Shown here in pieces: positions 1 through 27,700 of a stretch of 64,000 bases of DNA. This DNA is from Ylistrum balloti (Eukaryota), in the NCBI RefSeq assembly GCF_031769215.1, contig NW_026782457.1, forward strand, positions 62,001 through 126,000, read 5' to 3'. Below the pieces are notes generated by a model. It worked only from the letters and a program-made list of their open reading frames with translations, made no database searches and was not told where the DNA came from. A program made the position numbers and the translations under genes. How positions within the stretch are numbered: the first letter of the stretch is position 1; each line of letters opens with the position of its first letter.

Positions 1-573
1 CTTTTGTAAAATCTTTATCACTGGTTTCAATGCATGTCCACCTGTAAAAACATTACACACGTGTATGTATTTGTAGGTGTGTTTTTCATTGATATGAGAC
101 ACTTTTCAGGTAAACCTGTATATATGTATATATGTAGGTAGACAGCTACAATATTTCAGTATGTCAATTTTAATGTAAGAAGATAAAGTTTCCTATAACA
201 CTTTGAAAGTATACACCACATCTGGTCATCACTTTACAATAGAAGGGGCCAGAATTTAATCATTTCTATGTCTAACCTTCTTGTAAGCTATCATATCAAT
301 TTGGATTTCTGCTGTAAATTTAGAGTAGATAAAATGCACTGAATGTCATGATTCATAAACAAAATTAGAAAGCTTAAGAAGTAAGCAAATGTTTTGATTA
401 AAACCTAAAAGATTTCTCATACCCTTAAAATAATTGATAATCTGTACATCTTCTCATATGCATAATGCCTTTTTCCTATATATGTGTCATTTAAAATCTT
501 TTCTATAATCAGGTTCAAATCTTAATTTTCTGATGGCTATGAGATCTGTTGAAACAGCTACTTTAAATTGGTG

Positions 574-15091
<14,518 letters not shown>

Positions 15092-15939
15092 TTTGATGAA
15101 TATCGCTTGACTTCAGGATGTATTTAAATCTGGGTGTAGATCGAATTCATCAAAAATATAGCAGCCTTGTCACACATTTTTGACACATCTTTACATTCAG
15201 ACCAGCTTCATCTTACAGTCACTCCAGAAATCACCTGTCAAAATGTATTAAAAACATTTCAGTTATACTATAAACCAAAAATGTTTATCAAAATGGTAAT
15301 ACATAGCGGAAAAAGAAAATATGTAATTTAACATGTACACTAAAAATACCATGATTCATCTGACATAAATGATAACATTTATCACAATACATGGGGAAGT
15401 GATATCTCAGTTGGGTATATTATTAGCCTACATAAAGCTCAGGTAAATATCCTAGATGTGCTTTGTTGCTACCAACAGAAATCAGACCTGATGTGACAAT
15501 CCAAGGATTCACCAACTGAGCCAAGGAAGCAAGCTCCATCAGCTGACGACAGAGAGTGGTTTTAACACAGCCGCTTTATGTACGAACCACATTATACATA
15601 TACACTGTCACAGTAACACACGTACATTATGTACGTGCATAAAACATCATATTTTACACCATTATACAACAGTAAAGATATTTACCATTTGTATGCGGCA
15701 TACAAAATGTACATTTATATGTGAAAACATGATTGGCCAATTGGAATATTAAATAATACATGCATGGCTATACTAATGAAATGTGCATGGAAATAGTGTG
15801 CAGTGCACAGATAATTCGAGTTTGCAAGAGGAAACGGATGGCAACAACAAAGATTGTAGTAAACTTTTCTTTTTTTCTCCAAAACTGTTCATCTGAAAAT
15901 TGCAAAGTTGCATCCGATCAGAGCAAGGTCATCTGGAAA

Positions 15940-16130
15940 TATCAAACTTACTCATACCTGACTCATATGTCGCCCTTTCTCAGGGAGCGTCCGTTACGTT
16001 GTTTGACCCGGAGCTTAGAAGATCGTCATCATAGTCACATGAAAGCTTGTAAAAGATGTATTGAAAAGAATAATTAAGCGTCAGTAGAACGTTGATTTAA
16101 TCTAGTTTCATTTTCGACTTGTACGGTAAG
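15940..16130. promoter_or_regulatory. Compact bidirectional promoter with non-coding first exons of ABCC10 (-) and PGAP4 (+)
   Basis: Minus donor CAG|GTATGA at 15957 and plus donor ACG|GTAAGT at 16126 face away from each other ~170 bp apart. Locally CpG-rich, with E-box TCACATGA at 16035-16042. Matching acceptors at 15234 (-) and 17198 (+). Confidence 0.65.
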
Positions 16131-16254
16131 TTCTTTCTACTCCTAATTCTTCCAAGTAATTACCTATAGCTACTTCAACTTAGTGAAGGTTATGTCATGT
16201 ATGAGAGAGACAACATGTACGATTTGAATAGGAGGGAACATAATTAATATTGAT

Positions 16255-16450
16255 GAATGATGGGCAGAAATCGCATGTTTGAAGGATTCCGAGAAGACAA
16301 TTTCAGAAGGGAGGTTGTTCCGATCTTGGATTGTTCGAGGGAAGAAGAATTCCCTCCTGACAGATGTTTTACAAGAAATAGAGAGAAAATTGATGCATTT
16401 ATTTCTATGCCAGTTAAATAGTTGGATACTACATAGATTATTCCTTTACA
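16255..16450 (-). mobile_element. LINE (CR1/L2-like) 3' end relic
   Basis: Minus strand frame reads FFPRTIQDRNNLPSEIVFSESFK, matching the typical ORF2 C-terminal SFFPRTIxDWNxLP motif. Confidence 0.6.
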
Positions 16451-17257
16451 CAATATTATTTTAAGATTGAAATTAAAATACAAATATGATTTTAAAAATG
16501 CATGTCACTTTTTGAAATGCATATTTGCATATTTGCCTTTAGTTCAAAGGCAAACCTTGATTAAAATCTTGATTAAAGTAAGTACTATGCAGAGATCAAT
16601 CCCATGACGTCAGCAATAAATTCCTGGTATACGGTTTTATGAAGTTTAAGGAAGATTCCATCTACTGTTAAGCTATTGATCATGAGTGACTATATTTGAA
16701 TATGTAGGACTGAAGAAAAACTTATCATGAATTCGGTATCTTAAAAGTATCTATCTTGCTATGGTGTTGAGGCCCATTATAATTACTCTTGCTCTAATTA
16801 GAGGATTGGCTTAATACAGGTTATATAATATGAAGAACACTGAGACTACATATATCTAGCTAATAAGATCTTCCATTTGGTACCTTAGTAATTTTGACCA
16901 GTTTTGCAAAGACACCACTGTAATAAGGAGACAAGTTAGGCACTGTCTCCTTGAAGGTTTCCTCCTACACTTATTATCCTGTTTTGTGATTAAAACAGGG
17001 ATTCCATTACAATTCTTTCCAGCTTCAGTACAATAGTATCAGACTTACTGTCAGTATTCTAGTTACAGGTGTTTGTACATATTTTTTTCAAATTTTGTTT
17101 GTCTGCGTTTTTTTCAAATTATATAATTCAGTATTTAAGTACAGTTTCTATCTGTAGTTCAATTATGAAAAATATGTACATGTATTTGTTGTTTCAGGTG
17201 CATAATGGAAATAGGATATTGGCAAAATGATGTTACAAGTACCAAAATGCTGTTTAA

Positions 17258-18577
17258 ATGCTATTCTTGAAAATTACTGTGTTGATTGGTACAGAGGATT
17301 GGTACAGTCTGCAGACACTCAATGCATCTGGAGTCATAGCTGAAATAATGGCAAACTTAATTTTTCATCACTGTTTGCGATTACTCATACTCTATCTGAT
17401 AACTTTTACTTTCATCATTCCTATTCTTTGCTATTACTTACCTTATTCTAAACTGTTCAAGGTCTTCCATTCAGAAAAGAAAATGTTAAGTGATGCCAAG
17501 GAATTGAACAACCAACGACTTGCAAATGCCATGGCTTACTTTAACAGCATTGATAAAACAGAGTCAATGCAATATTACAACCAGTATGACCACGAAAGAC
17601 TTGATTTGCTTGTCGTTATTGTGACTGTCCAGAGAAAGTCATCAGATGTACAAAAGTTAGGCTACTTCCTACAAGCAACAGCAGCAATGGACAAAGTGCT
17701 GAAACACAACCTCAGTTTTAAGAAAAAGAAACTTGTGATATGTAATGTTGATGCCAATCCATTAAACTATACTGATGTAACATGGTTATCAAACTATGTT
17801 CCAACGATACAAAGATTCGGTACAAAGGGAAGGGACATGACGGAGAGAATCTCTCCACTGAGAGCAACACTGTACCACAAACGTTCGTATAGTAACAGAT
17901 ATGAGAAAGAGACTGTGGATTACATGTTCTGTTTGGAGAGTGCTCACCTCATGAACGCCAGCTATATTTTGATGGTGGAAGATGACGCCATTCCACACAA
18001 AGAAGTTTTGAATAACGTTAAACACGTAATGGACACTAAACTCCAACATTACAAACGAGAGTTTGGGCATATCAAACTGTACTACCCCATGAAGTGGCAA
18101 GGATTCGCTTTTGAGGAGACAAGGATAATGGAATTGCTGAGTGTAGGATTCATCGGAGCTGGTATTTTTGTGCTTGTTTTTAATTGGAATGTTAGTAGTA
18201 AAATGTATTCGTTACAGATGTTATATTTTTTAGCAGGTTCTGTTTACTTCATACTGGTGGCGGAACTTTTAGATAGACAAAATATAATGGAACTTAGACG
18301 ATTCTCAGCTTCGTTGTATTCTTTTAGGAAGTCTCCAGGATGCTGTACACAGGCTATGTTGTATAGTGAACACATCATACCTGCCTTACTGAACTATCTA
18401 CAAGACACTGCCAGGCCAGGCATGGATCATACGGATATAGCTATCTATAAGTTCACTTTAGAGAACAACATTTCATCTTACCAGATTGAACCCAATCTGT
18501 TCTACCATGTTGGTCTGTACACATCACTTGTAGAGGGCAGATACAAGGATCCAGAAGGGTTCCTATTCCATGTTTAG
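17258..18577 (+). CDS. PGAP4: Post-GPI attachment to proteins factor 4 (TMEM246; GPI-GalNAc transferase), single coding exon
   Basis: 439-aa ORF with N-terminal TM, LVICNVD, EKETVDYMFCLE, YILMVEDDA, IKLYYP, two internal TMs, MELRRFS..LYS...PGCCTQAMLY and YQIEPNLFYHVGLYTSL, collinear with PGAP4 motifs as I recall them. The true start may be 17348 (stronger Kozak context). Confidence 0.92.
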   Translation: MLFLKITVLIGTEDWYSLQTLNASGVIAEIMANLIFHHCLRLLILYLITFTFIIPILCYYLPYSKLFKVFHSEKKMLSDAKELNNQRLANAMAYFNSIDKTESMQYYNQYDHERLDLLVVIVTVQRKSSDVQKLGYFLQATAAMDKVLKHNLSFKKKKLVICNVDANPLNYTDVTWLSNYVPTIQRFGTKGRDMTERISPLRATLYHKRSYSNRYEKETVDYMFCLESAHLMNASYILMVEDDAIPHKEVLNNVKHVMDTKLQHYKREFGHIKLYYPMKWQGFAFEETRIMELLSVGFIGAGIFVLVFNWNVSSKMYSLQMLYFLAGSVYFILVAELLDRQNIMELRRFSASLYSFRKSPGCCTQAMLYSEHIIPALLNYLQDTARPGMDHTDIAIYKFTLENNISSYQIEPNLFYHVGLYTSLVEGRYKDPEGFLFHV

Positions 18578-18764
18578 AATGCACTGGATACCTAGCAGTG
18601 TTATCTTTATACTTAAACCACACAGAATTTAACACACAGAACCACCTCTAAATGTTAGTATGTTGTCTCCATTTATTGATGGCTTATCAAATGGTTGTAC
18701 ATTGTACACCATGTATTCCTTGTATATGTAATATCATTGTTATTGCAGGTGCTCTCTTTATTTA

Positions 18765-19400
18765 ACAGTATTAAATTGTTATAGTTTTTTCTGGCGAAGT
18801 ATTGGATGGATCTTTCTCAAATTCCATACATAGGTTCGTCTTGCTCGCTAGTTGAACATTATTTGATTTTGACACTGATGTAAGAAAATGATATGGCCAA
18901 CAGGCAGCCATCTTCGATACTGACCGGAATTGTTTGTTATCCCTACTTTTTTGAGAAATGTCCTTTAGACCAAATCTCATTGACAGGTTCACCTTAGTCC
19001 CTAGTTGTGCATAGTTCATTTTAGAACTAATCAGAAAAACAAGATGGCTGACAGTCCGGGATTTGGGATTTTGTCAATGAAAGATTTTTACCATGTTTTC
19101 TCGAGAGATACTAGATTTATCTTCTTTTTTTTCAAGTTTCATGTGGAAGTTTCCATTGGTCCATATTTGTGCCCCCTTGATTTTTGGACCATCAAAAAGA
19201 AATGTCTGACAGACAGCTATCTTAGATATTTTTACAAAGACAGGTTGGTTATTGTATTTTCTTGTGATGTAATGAATGCCCCATTTTCTAATTTTATATA
19301 AATGTTCCCATTGGCCTCTTTGTGCCTTTTCTTTTGGTAATTATCAGAAAAAACAATTTGGCCAACAGGTGACTATCTTTGATTAAGATTAAGATCAAGA
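18765..19400 (-). mobile_element. Probable degenerate HINE/Helentron-type element (reverse orientation)
   Basis: Recurring GCAGCCATCTT/AAGATGGCTG and TGGCCAACAG motifs in imperfect ~150-bp units. Boundaries are unclear. Confidence 0.35.
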
Positions 19401-19942
19401 ACAGAGGAAACTATAGAAGAGGAAGTGAAACATCCAGCTTTTATTTAACGAATAAAGACCAAACAATGATGAATGGAAATATCCAGTTGGGATTTTTTAA
19501 GCACATGTGCTGCTTTTCTTTCATACTTCAAGTGTTATGATCATTTCTGTAAATCAGTCTAAAGGTGTATATTTCAGTTTTTTGACAGATAATCTTACAA
19601 TCTTGATCAAATATGAAATGATTTACAAGTGCCATAAAATAAGATACTAGTCTTTTTAGATATATATATGTATTGCTTTTTGATACCCCACTGTCTTAAA
19701 TTGGTCATGTTTTTACCTTTGTTTACACCAAACATTGAATCCTGATATCATTTGGTACTGATTTATGGCCAAAACAAATGATAATATTAGTTAAGGAAAT
19801 GTCTATCTTTCTTCATGCAGGAACAGGATATTTGAATGTGTTTCAACTATTAGTTCTCACGAAGTAGTTCAGAAATCATCAAGAAACTAACGCTTTCAGT
19901 CGGCCCTTTTTCAATCCAACTAAGATAGTCAGTTATTAATTC

Positions 19943-20119
19943 CAGGGCTCTCGATCTGCCAGATTTGGGGCCAATATTTGGCCCCATTCCCAATGCAAAA
20001 TAGTATCTTTTTTTCCCAATTTAGACCCCAAGATTTCCCAATTCTAAGGAAAGCACCATTATTTTTCCCAATTCTAAGGGCCCCGGGCCCCAGTCCCAAA
20101 ATGGGGTGTGAGAGCCCTG
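19943..20119. mobile_element. MITE, TIR CAGGGCTCTC, 5-bp TSD AATTC
   Basis: CAGGGCTCTC at 19943 and GAGAGCCCTG ending 20119, with AATTC immediately on both flanks. Confidence 0.75.
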
Positions 20120-21775
20120 AATTCTCTCGAAAACATTAAAGAATAACAAGAACTTTTTAGAAACATGACTGTATTGGCTATATACATGTAATGTAGTTGT
20201 AGTTGGGTACAGACTGGTAAAGAAACAGGGTAAAACAATTATGAAAGCGCATTTATTTATCCATAAAAGTTGTCTCGGGAGACATTCTAAAATATTTTGT
20301 GTAGAACATTTTTCTAGCTTAATTACAATGTTAAATGATAAATGAAGTATTTTCAAATGGGTAATATTTCAACTTGAAAAGAAAGATATTATGAATAGAC
20401 ATGTTGTAAAAACGTAATGGATCCATCAGGCATTGTTGTATTGAGTCAGTTTGTTGCCAGTATTTATACATTGACCGAATTGTGTTGTTAATAATAAGTT
20501 TTACATATTGCTATGTTTTATATGGGTTGATTTTTATGAAACCAAAACTTAATGACTGACTTGGAAATTGCTTTCAACCCTGACATGGCTCTTAAGTTTT
20601 TCACTTGTAGTGGTCACAATTCGCTTATTTTCAAGTCGGTCATTAAATTTTGCTTTCATTAATGTTTTCCATTTCAAGCCAATATATATCTTTTTTTCTA
20701 CATATACCTATATATAGATTGTATATATACTTATATATCGCAAATGAAAGCATTAAGATTGCTATTCTGTTGTACAGGTGGCATTTTAATCTATTTTACA
20801 CCTTTTAGTAATCATAAAGAAATCGTTACGGCTTTTTTGTTTATATTGCCTGTAACCATGGATATCAATTATATTCTTTATTAGCCAGATTCTTGTGGTT
20901 GTGGTAACGGTTATTATATGCTTAATAAATATTCTTTTTTACAATATCTGGTTTTATTGTACCCATCATGATTCACCTTATAGCAGGATAGATCATTGAT
21001 TTGTATTTTTATTGAAATGTTGAGACATGCTCTGTTCTAAAGTAATATATGATAGACTATAAGCAACACACGTGTTCACATTGATGTAAGGAGATATCTG
21101 TCTCAGAATCAAAGAAATCGTGATTTATTTCCCAATTGTGAATATTCAACCGGAGGGTCCACAATCACTGATTTATTTTACTCTTTCCGCTGTATAGATC
21201 AATTAAGCAACATTTACAGTACTTTAAGTACAATATAATTCATAATAATATTGAACTGAACAATGTGCTTCTAGTTCTTGTAGGTGTAACCGACATTGCT
21301 GTTAAAAGTAAGAAGAAATGTGACATCACATTTCGTATACCGAGCATAAAAAAACGTCATTTATCATTTTCTTCATCGTTTTAGCTAGATTCGAAGCGTG
21401 CAATCATTGCAAAAAACTAAAAACTATCAAGTTGTTAATCTGTTTAATATTTGAATAATTCGCATTGAAATTTGAAATTTGATATGAAATGAATTATGCA
21501 ATACAAACTTTGAGTGAAATTTAACGAGGACAAAACCTGTATTTGATCACAAATAATAAGAAAAAATTGAAACTATAGTTTGATTCTGAATTTATTGAAT
21601 ATCGTATGATTAAGACGTGCTCCTTTCATATTTATATCTCACGTGTTCGGTGCAGCTTATTGAAGACTGCAAAAATACTACTTAATCATTCAGTCATCAA
21701 AACCTTTGTATGAAAAAAAATCATATACAAGATAACACTATGTAGCTCTATGGTTCAATCAAGCATTCATTTAAA

Positions 21776-24700
21776 CTATTGTATGTGGTAATTGATACTA
21801 AAACCAGAAGCAGTGTAGCTTTCGTCAGATTTAAACCGGATTACAAGACTCTGTCCATGATATGTCATCTGTTCTGACTTCTTGAATTCACCACACAATC
21901 TACAATTTTAGAAAAAAAAGTAATAAAAATTAATTTACCAGGAAATCTATATTTTCTGATAATAGGTGCTTCGAAGAAAGAAAAAAAATATAAAAATCTT
22001 GGACTTTGGAGGGGAAATACCACGTCAATATACATGGACGTTTAAACTGGAGTTATACATATACAAGTAAATATGTCAAAGCACTTTATCAGGCGTGGAC
22101 GTATTGAATGGTATAAATTATACTGAAATAAAGCAATCCATAATGTTGGAAGGAGTCTATAGTGTTTTCACCAAGGGAACAACGTAACCAAAATACTGTA
22201 TAAACAGTCATTTGTTTACCGTAAGGTCTAAACACAAGGACGAAGAGTTTCTCCTTCAATAACAAGATCTCAATAAACCACAAGACCAACAAAATTGCGT
22301 CTGTTCCAAAATATAAAATTCTAGAAGTAAATGATAAAATAAATTGAAGCCATCATTACACTTCACATTTCACCACGTCTTACAAAAAATATTGCATAGA
22401 AAATGACTCCGGTACCATATAATAATCGTTTGAATTCAATGGTCCACACTGTGCCTATGACACGCGTTGGATACCGAAATGTACACTTGTATGCAAAACA
22501 AAACGGAAATACTAGTACGCAAGTGCAAGTATTGAATACATACTTTGGCCCAGCGAGACCGGGTCCGTAGATTCTAACCTCCAGACTGTCAAATTGGCAT
22601 GCGTTACCATTCTCCAATGAAAACGTCTGAATGTCCAATATAATGGTTCTTCCTTGGTCGGCCTAAGGGAAAAGACACGAGACTTGATACGTGAATCTGA
22701 ATGCGTTGACAACGCTGACAATCCAATGTATGCAGCGAACGTATTTTGATTTCATGTATGCTGTACATTTGGTCATTGATGGTGTGCGTTTCATACAGGA
22801 CATTAAACACTATATTTTACTGAGTGACGATGACATTGCGACTTTCCTATATGGTATTTAGCAAATTTTAAAAAATAGCAGCGTGATTCATTTGATGTAC
22901 GTCTTCACTATCCTTGAAGAAATATGTTTCCGCTAAACTATCGGCAATATTGAGTTGAGTCTAGACATTATAATTAATTATTAATAATTTTCGACATTCT
23001 TGATACTCCAGAGGTTACGGCCACTTTCGCTCTCTGCATCCCTGGATCATATCACAACAAAATTGAAGGTTCCATTTGCGAAACTTTGTGTACAAAACGA
23101 AAAGACAAGTTTGATCCTTTGATGTACGTCAAACGAATCTTGAGGTCGCATATCGGTATATTGTAATAACTTTGAAGTTGGGTGTCACGCCATTGTAATC
23201 TTCAAAGGAGCGTATCAGCCTGTGATTGGTCACTTTCTTCCTCGGGAACCAATCAGATTACTTCGCACGTGTCTTTTTTTTGCCACTACATGTTCCAGGA
23301 GTGCAGAGAGCGAAATTGATTGTAACCCCTGAAATATCGAGGATGAATGTTGGAACACTTACTTTGATCATCCAGTTACATATTGTATCGTTGCTGTACT
23401 TGTTTGGATAGCCAGGTGAGGTAATCGTACCGGTGTGCTGGGTAAAAATTCCCCCGCAATCTAATCCGTCTGGTCAACATAGCATTAGTATATCGTAGAG
23501 AAAGGCCAACATTAAACAAATACAATCATATCTAATTAACAAAAATAAAGACACATTTATATCCGATATGTCTAGTTAATTTATTATGTATTTATGTTAA
23601 AGGCTGATTTAAATATTTCTGACTTACCTGTGTTTTCGCGAACCACCTGAGAACAGGTCCGACCGGTCAGTTGATTTGGGCACACGCATGTGCAACGTGG
23701 GCCCACGTAACCCCCGTTCTCACACATAAGATCAGCGGGACATTTACCTGCAAACGTGCCATAGTATAAATAATATATATCTTGCCTCCTTTGTTAGAAA
23801 TAGGTATGTAATGCCATTCAGAAAATAGGCTACACCCATAGGGTAACTTAGCCAATGAAAAAAGTATAAAACATCTTTTTTGGTGTTTGCTGTGTCAAGA
23901 ATGACGTTCATAACAGTGCATCGTATATTTGTGCATGTATAGATAAATGGGTGGCTGGCAAAAATTCAACCGGATACCTGTTATTTTTCATCAAATTTGG
24001 AAAGCGCTTGCATTATTACCAATGCCATTTCTGAAAGTAATGTGCGCTCATGTATGAAAGACATTCATCGAAATGTCGAATACATGCCTTAAATCCAATG
24101 GTTATCGCGATTATCATTTGGAGCTAGCCGGAAGATTGCTCACAGAAAATTCGTCCATGTGACCATATGTAAAAACTTCTTTATTTTTCAATATACATGA
24201 AAATTAAACAAAACGGACCTTTTTTTAGTAATAACGAACGCTTACTGTTACAGTTGTAAAGGCTGTTGGCTGTTTTAACGTCTATATAGCTGAGTCCCTC
24301 TCTCTGTCCCATCAACGGCGTCATTCTCTTGTCCAATGGGTCGATGGTGTGAGATTCCCTATCTTTGCTGAACCACTGAAGCAATATAATGATAGTAAAA
24401 TGAAATGTGACATAAGAACCTGATTATCCTAAGATACTGATAGCTTTATGCATGGCACGACAACCTAAAAATAGCAAAGAATATCACACCTCTACGAGCT
24501 GCTCGTGTCTTGTTACGTCAACTTTGATTTATAAACATCATACACAATACCCACAAATGCTTGTGTGTATCAATCTTTCAGTTCACCTATTTCTAAGTTT
24601 TCGATCACTGCGTGATTCTCTTCGAGGAGTTTCAGTGACGATAAACTAATTCTGCTTGTGTAGTAGGACAGAGTACAACATTGGGTTGATGCACGAGATT

Positions 24701-27700
24701 GTAATAGATTTGTTGTTTAATCGCCCGTGTTGGTTGTTGAAGTCTAACCGCACTAAGATTTCTGCACTCACCTTAGGCCCGTAATGCATTACAGATCCGA
24801 TATCGTAAGGTTCGTTGGTTCGAATACGATTTGTATCATACTTCCGAAACTGAAACAATTCTCCAGACTTGACATTGTCTTCATGGATTTGCACATATTC
24901 ATCTCGATCAGGACGTGATTGCTCGTGGTAGAACCCTATCACATGTCCGATTTCATGTACTACAGAACCAACCTGTAATTAGTCAGATCCAATGTTCAGA
25001 CAAAGTACTTCAGATTTTGTAAGTCATTTACGTTATTTTGTCATCAATTACTTACCGACTTTCTGTAGCAGTCCGAACACTGTTGTTGGGAGTATTACAT
25101 AGGTCGTATAAATTAAAGACTTGTTTCATCACCTGTTGGCCTGTTGGCCTGTTCTCATATAAGAATGTGACACAAATTACTTGGATTGACCAAGGTTTAC
25201 ATGGCGGGTGTCATCGACGAAGACGCTTACTCTTCCGGAACAAATTGTCTCTTATTCTCATTGTGATTTTTCAGGATTCTCCGTGTTCATATTTTGCCAT
25301 AATTTTATGGAATTTTAATTTGAATTATGATCATATTGCCAGATGGCATTCTCTTGATTATTTTGTTTTTACTAGACAGGAAAAAAATAAATTCTTTATT
25401 GTATGCTTGTTATTTCTTGTGTAACATCGATGTAGACATACAATAAAGTTAACCGCTTACCGAATGACAAGATTCACTTAGAAATGTCTCCTGTGCTCCT
25501 CCGTCACTACTTCTGCCGATATGTGACGAACACCTGTACATATAAGGTATGAAATATTGTCACAGGTTTATATTACATGTTGCATAAACAGTTTAACGTT
25601 ATTTTCAGAAGATAAGTTAGACATCGATGTTAAAAGATGACAGTAGGTATGACTCTGTGAAACGTCACAAATCTGGGGTTTTGTTTACAAAATAATCTGT
25701 CGTTAGAATTTAAAAAATATGTATTTTTAATGCAAAGTACCAAATTACGAATCATATGCGTCATTATACAAATATATGTATACCATAATTTACTACTGAT
25801 TTCATGGGTTCATTTAAACAACTGGCGTAGAGAGAAATTTACGTGAACTGCTGAGCAGTTCATTGAAAATTGAAAATTCTTTTCCTTTTATGAAATCAAT
25901 AAGAATTCCATTTAATACTGACATCAGTAAATGTTGCAGCGTTTTAAACATTTTTTTTCTTTTAATCGCTCAAGTTATAAAATAATTCACTTATCAGTTT
26001 TACTTGTAATTAACAAAGGCATAATTGATTAATTGAAGTACATATGTTGTATACCAAAGTAACAGATGGGTCGTAAAATAAGTTCATATTACAGGCATGC
26101 TTTGCTTACCCTTCACCGATCGAAAATTGTAGTAGACTTGTATGGCCAAGATCGGGCTTGACATTGGCCGAAACATCTCTGAAAGTGATGCATGTTTCAT
26201 TCTCCCAGTGTTTGATGGCCTTAAGAACCTCACCACGCCAAGCTGTTGGCGAAATTGACATGCGAAGAATGTTTATATTTATTTATTTGTTTACTTAAAA
26301 CTGTGAGCTAAAAAAAACGCATGATCTGTAATTTCTATCTTTCCTAAACCTATCGGTACCTAAGTCCACTTCTGAAATAGCTCATCATTTACGAACCTAG
26401 ATTCAATTGTAGAGCAGATTTCGCGAAATCATGTATTCGCGGATATATCTGAAGAGGTAAGTTCGCAAAATAAAGTATTCGCGAAATCAAAGAGATGTAC
26501 ATTAATTCAGTCTCATTATTCCAACAGTATGTCTTCTTTTATCTATCATTTGTTTAATACTAAGACAGTTTCACGATTCTAGCGCTAATACACAGAAGTA
26601 ACCTAAATATCAAGCCTTTGACTTGTGGTTAAACAGCTCTCGTTACAACATGTTATCAAGACGGTAAAAAATTGAAAATTGACACAGCTCTCGAAGTCAG
26701 GACCATTTCTCACAAACAAGATAACAATGTCACTTACGGAAATCCGCTTCGAACTGGTACGGAATGACTCCAGAGGGCCAGAGGGACTCGATGTTTGTCA
26801 ATGCTTTTCGTTTATTGCGAAACTGACCAGACTCAGAAGACAAGATGCCTGCCTTTATAGTTCTAGCTTGTTCGGAGGTCAACAGTATATCCGATTCGAA
26901 AGCACCCTTCACACTCCACTCCTCTGCGGGTCGGCTTTGCTCAGACGAATCTTTTCGAGAGTGTTTGAAAAGTTGTGTTGATGCATTAGAAAATTGCTAT
27001 GAAAGACAAAGCACATGAACGACAAAAAAGTATTGCTGCAAATTTTTCATATACTTTGGCTCTCAATACAATATCAGCTCCTCCGAGACAAATTTGTGTT
27101 TCATTGATAACGTTCTAGATTATACGATAGATTTTTGAATTTTACATAAAAATTGAAAGATCAAACTATTCAAGAAATATTTGAACAAGTAATAAGATAA
27201 AGGAAATATTTAAACATTTCTTTAGGTTGTGATGGTAAAAAAAAGTTGTAACAGTTCGTATAAGAAGTGTCTAGGTAATGTATAATTTAAGTATTGACAA
27301 GATAATATTCAAGTGTCGTGCTTGTGTGACTGGGCTGGGGTATAACTATCTCAGAATAGTGTATATAGTTGGCAACGTCATTAATAGATCTGTTAAGGTA
27401 ATGTTTACCTATAATTTACACTGGCACAGTAGTTCCGTTATATATACTGTTATTACGTACATATTTATAAAGTACGATAAATGACATCTGATGCATGGAA
27501 GTTTTGACATCAGTATTTTCGGCATAAACATGACGATACACTAGCATGCAATTAATGTTTGCCTACAAACATCTTTATATTCTACAACAGTAAAAAACAA
27601 AACAAAATTGTGCAAATGATTTTGACTTCTGTGTAGATCCTGTCTATGAATCGGCATCTTTTCAATATATTTTCGTAAACTTTACTTGCAAATTGTAACT

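Noticed and set aside
16605-16612. Perfect CRE TGACGTCA (also 53566-53573)
   Set aside because: Single 8-mers are expected by chance; no supporting context.
26997-27050. Apparent in-frame TAG in an astacin signal-like peptide (MKNLQQYFFVVHVLCLS*), suggesting a pseudogene
   Set aside because: The TAG is the splice acceptor; the real signal-peptide exon with a TATA box and phase-0 donor is at 27842-27916.
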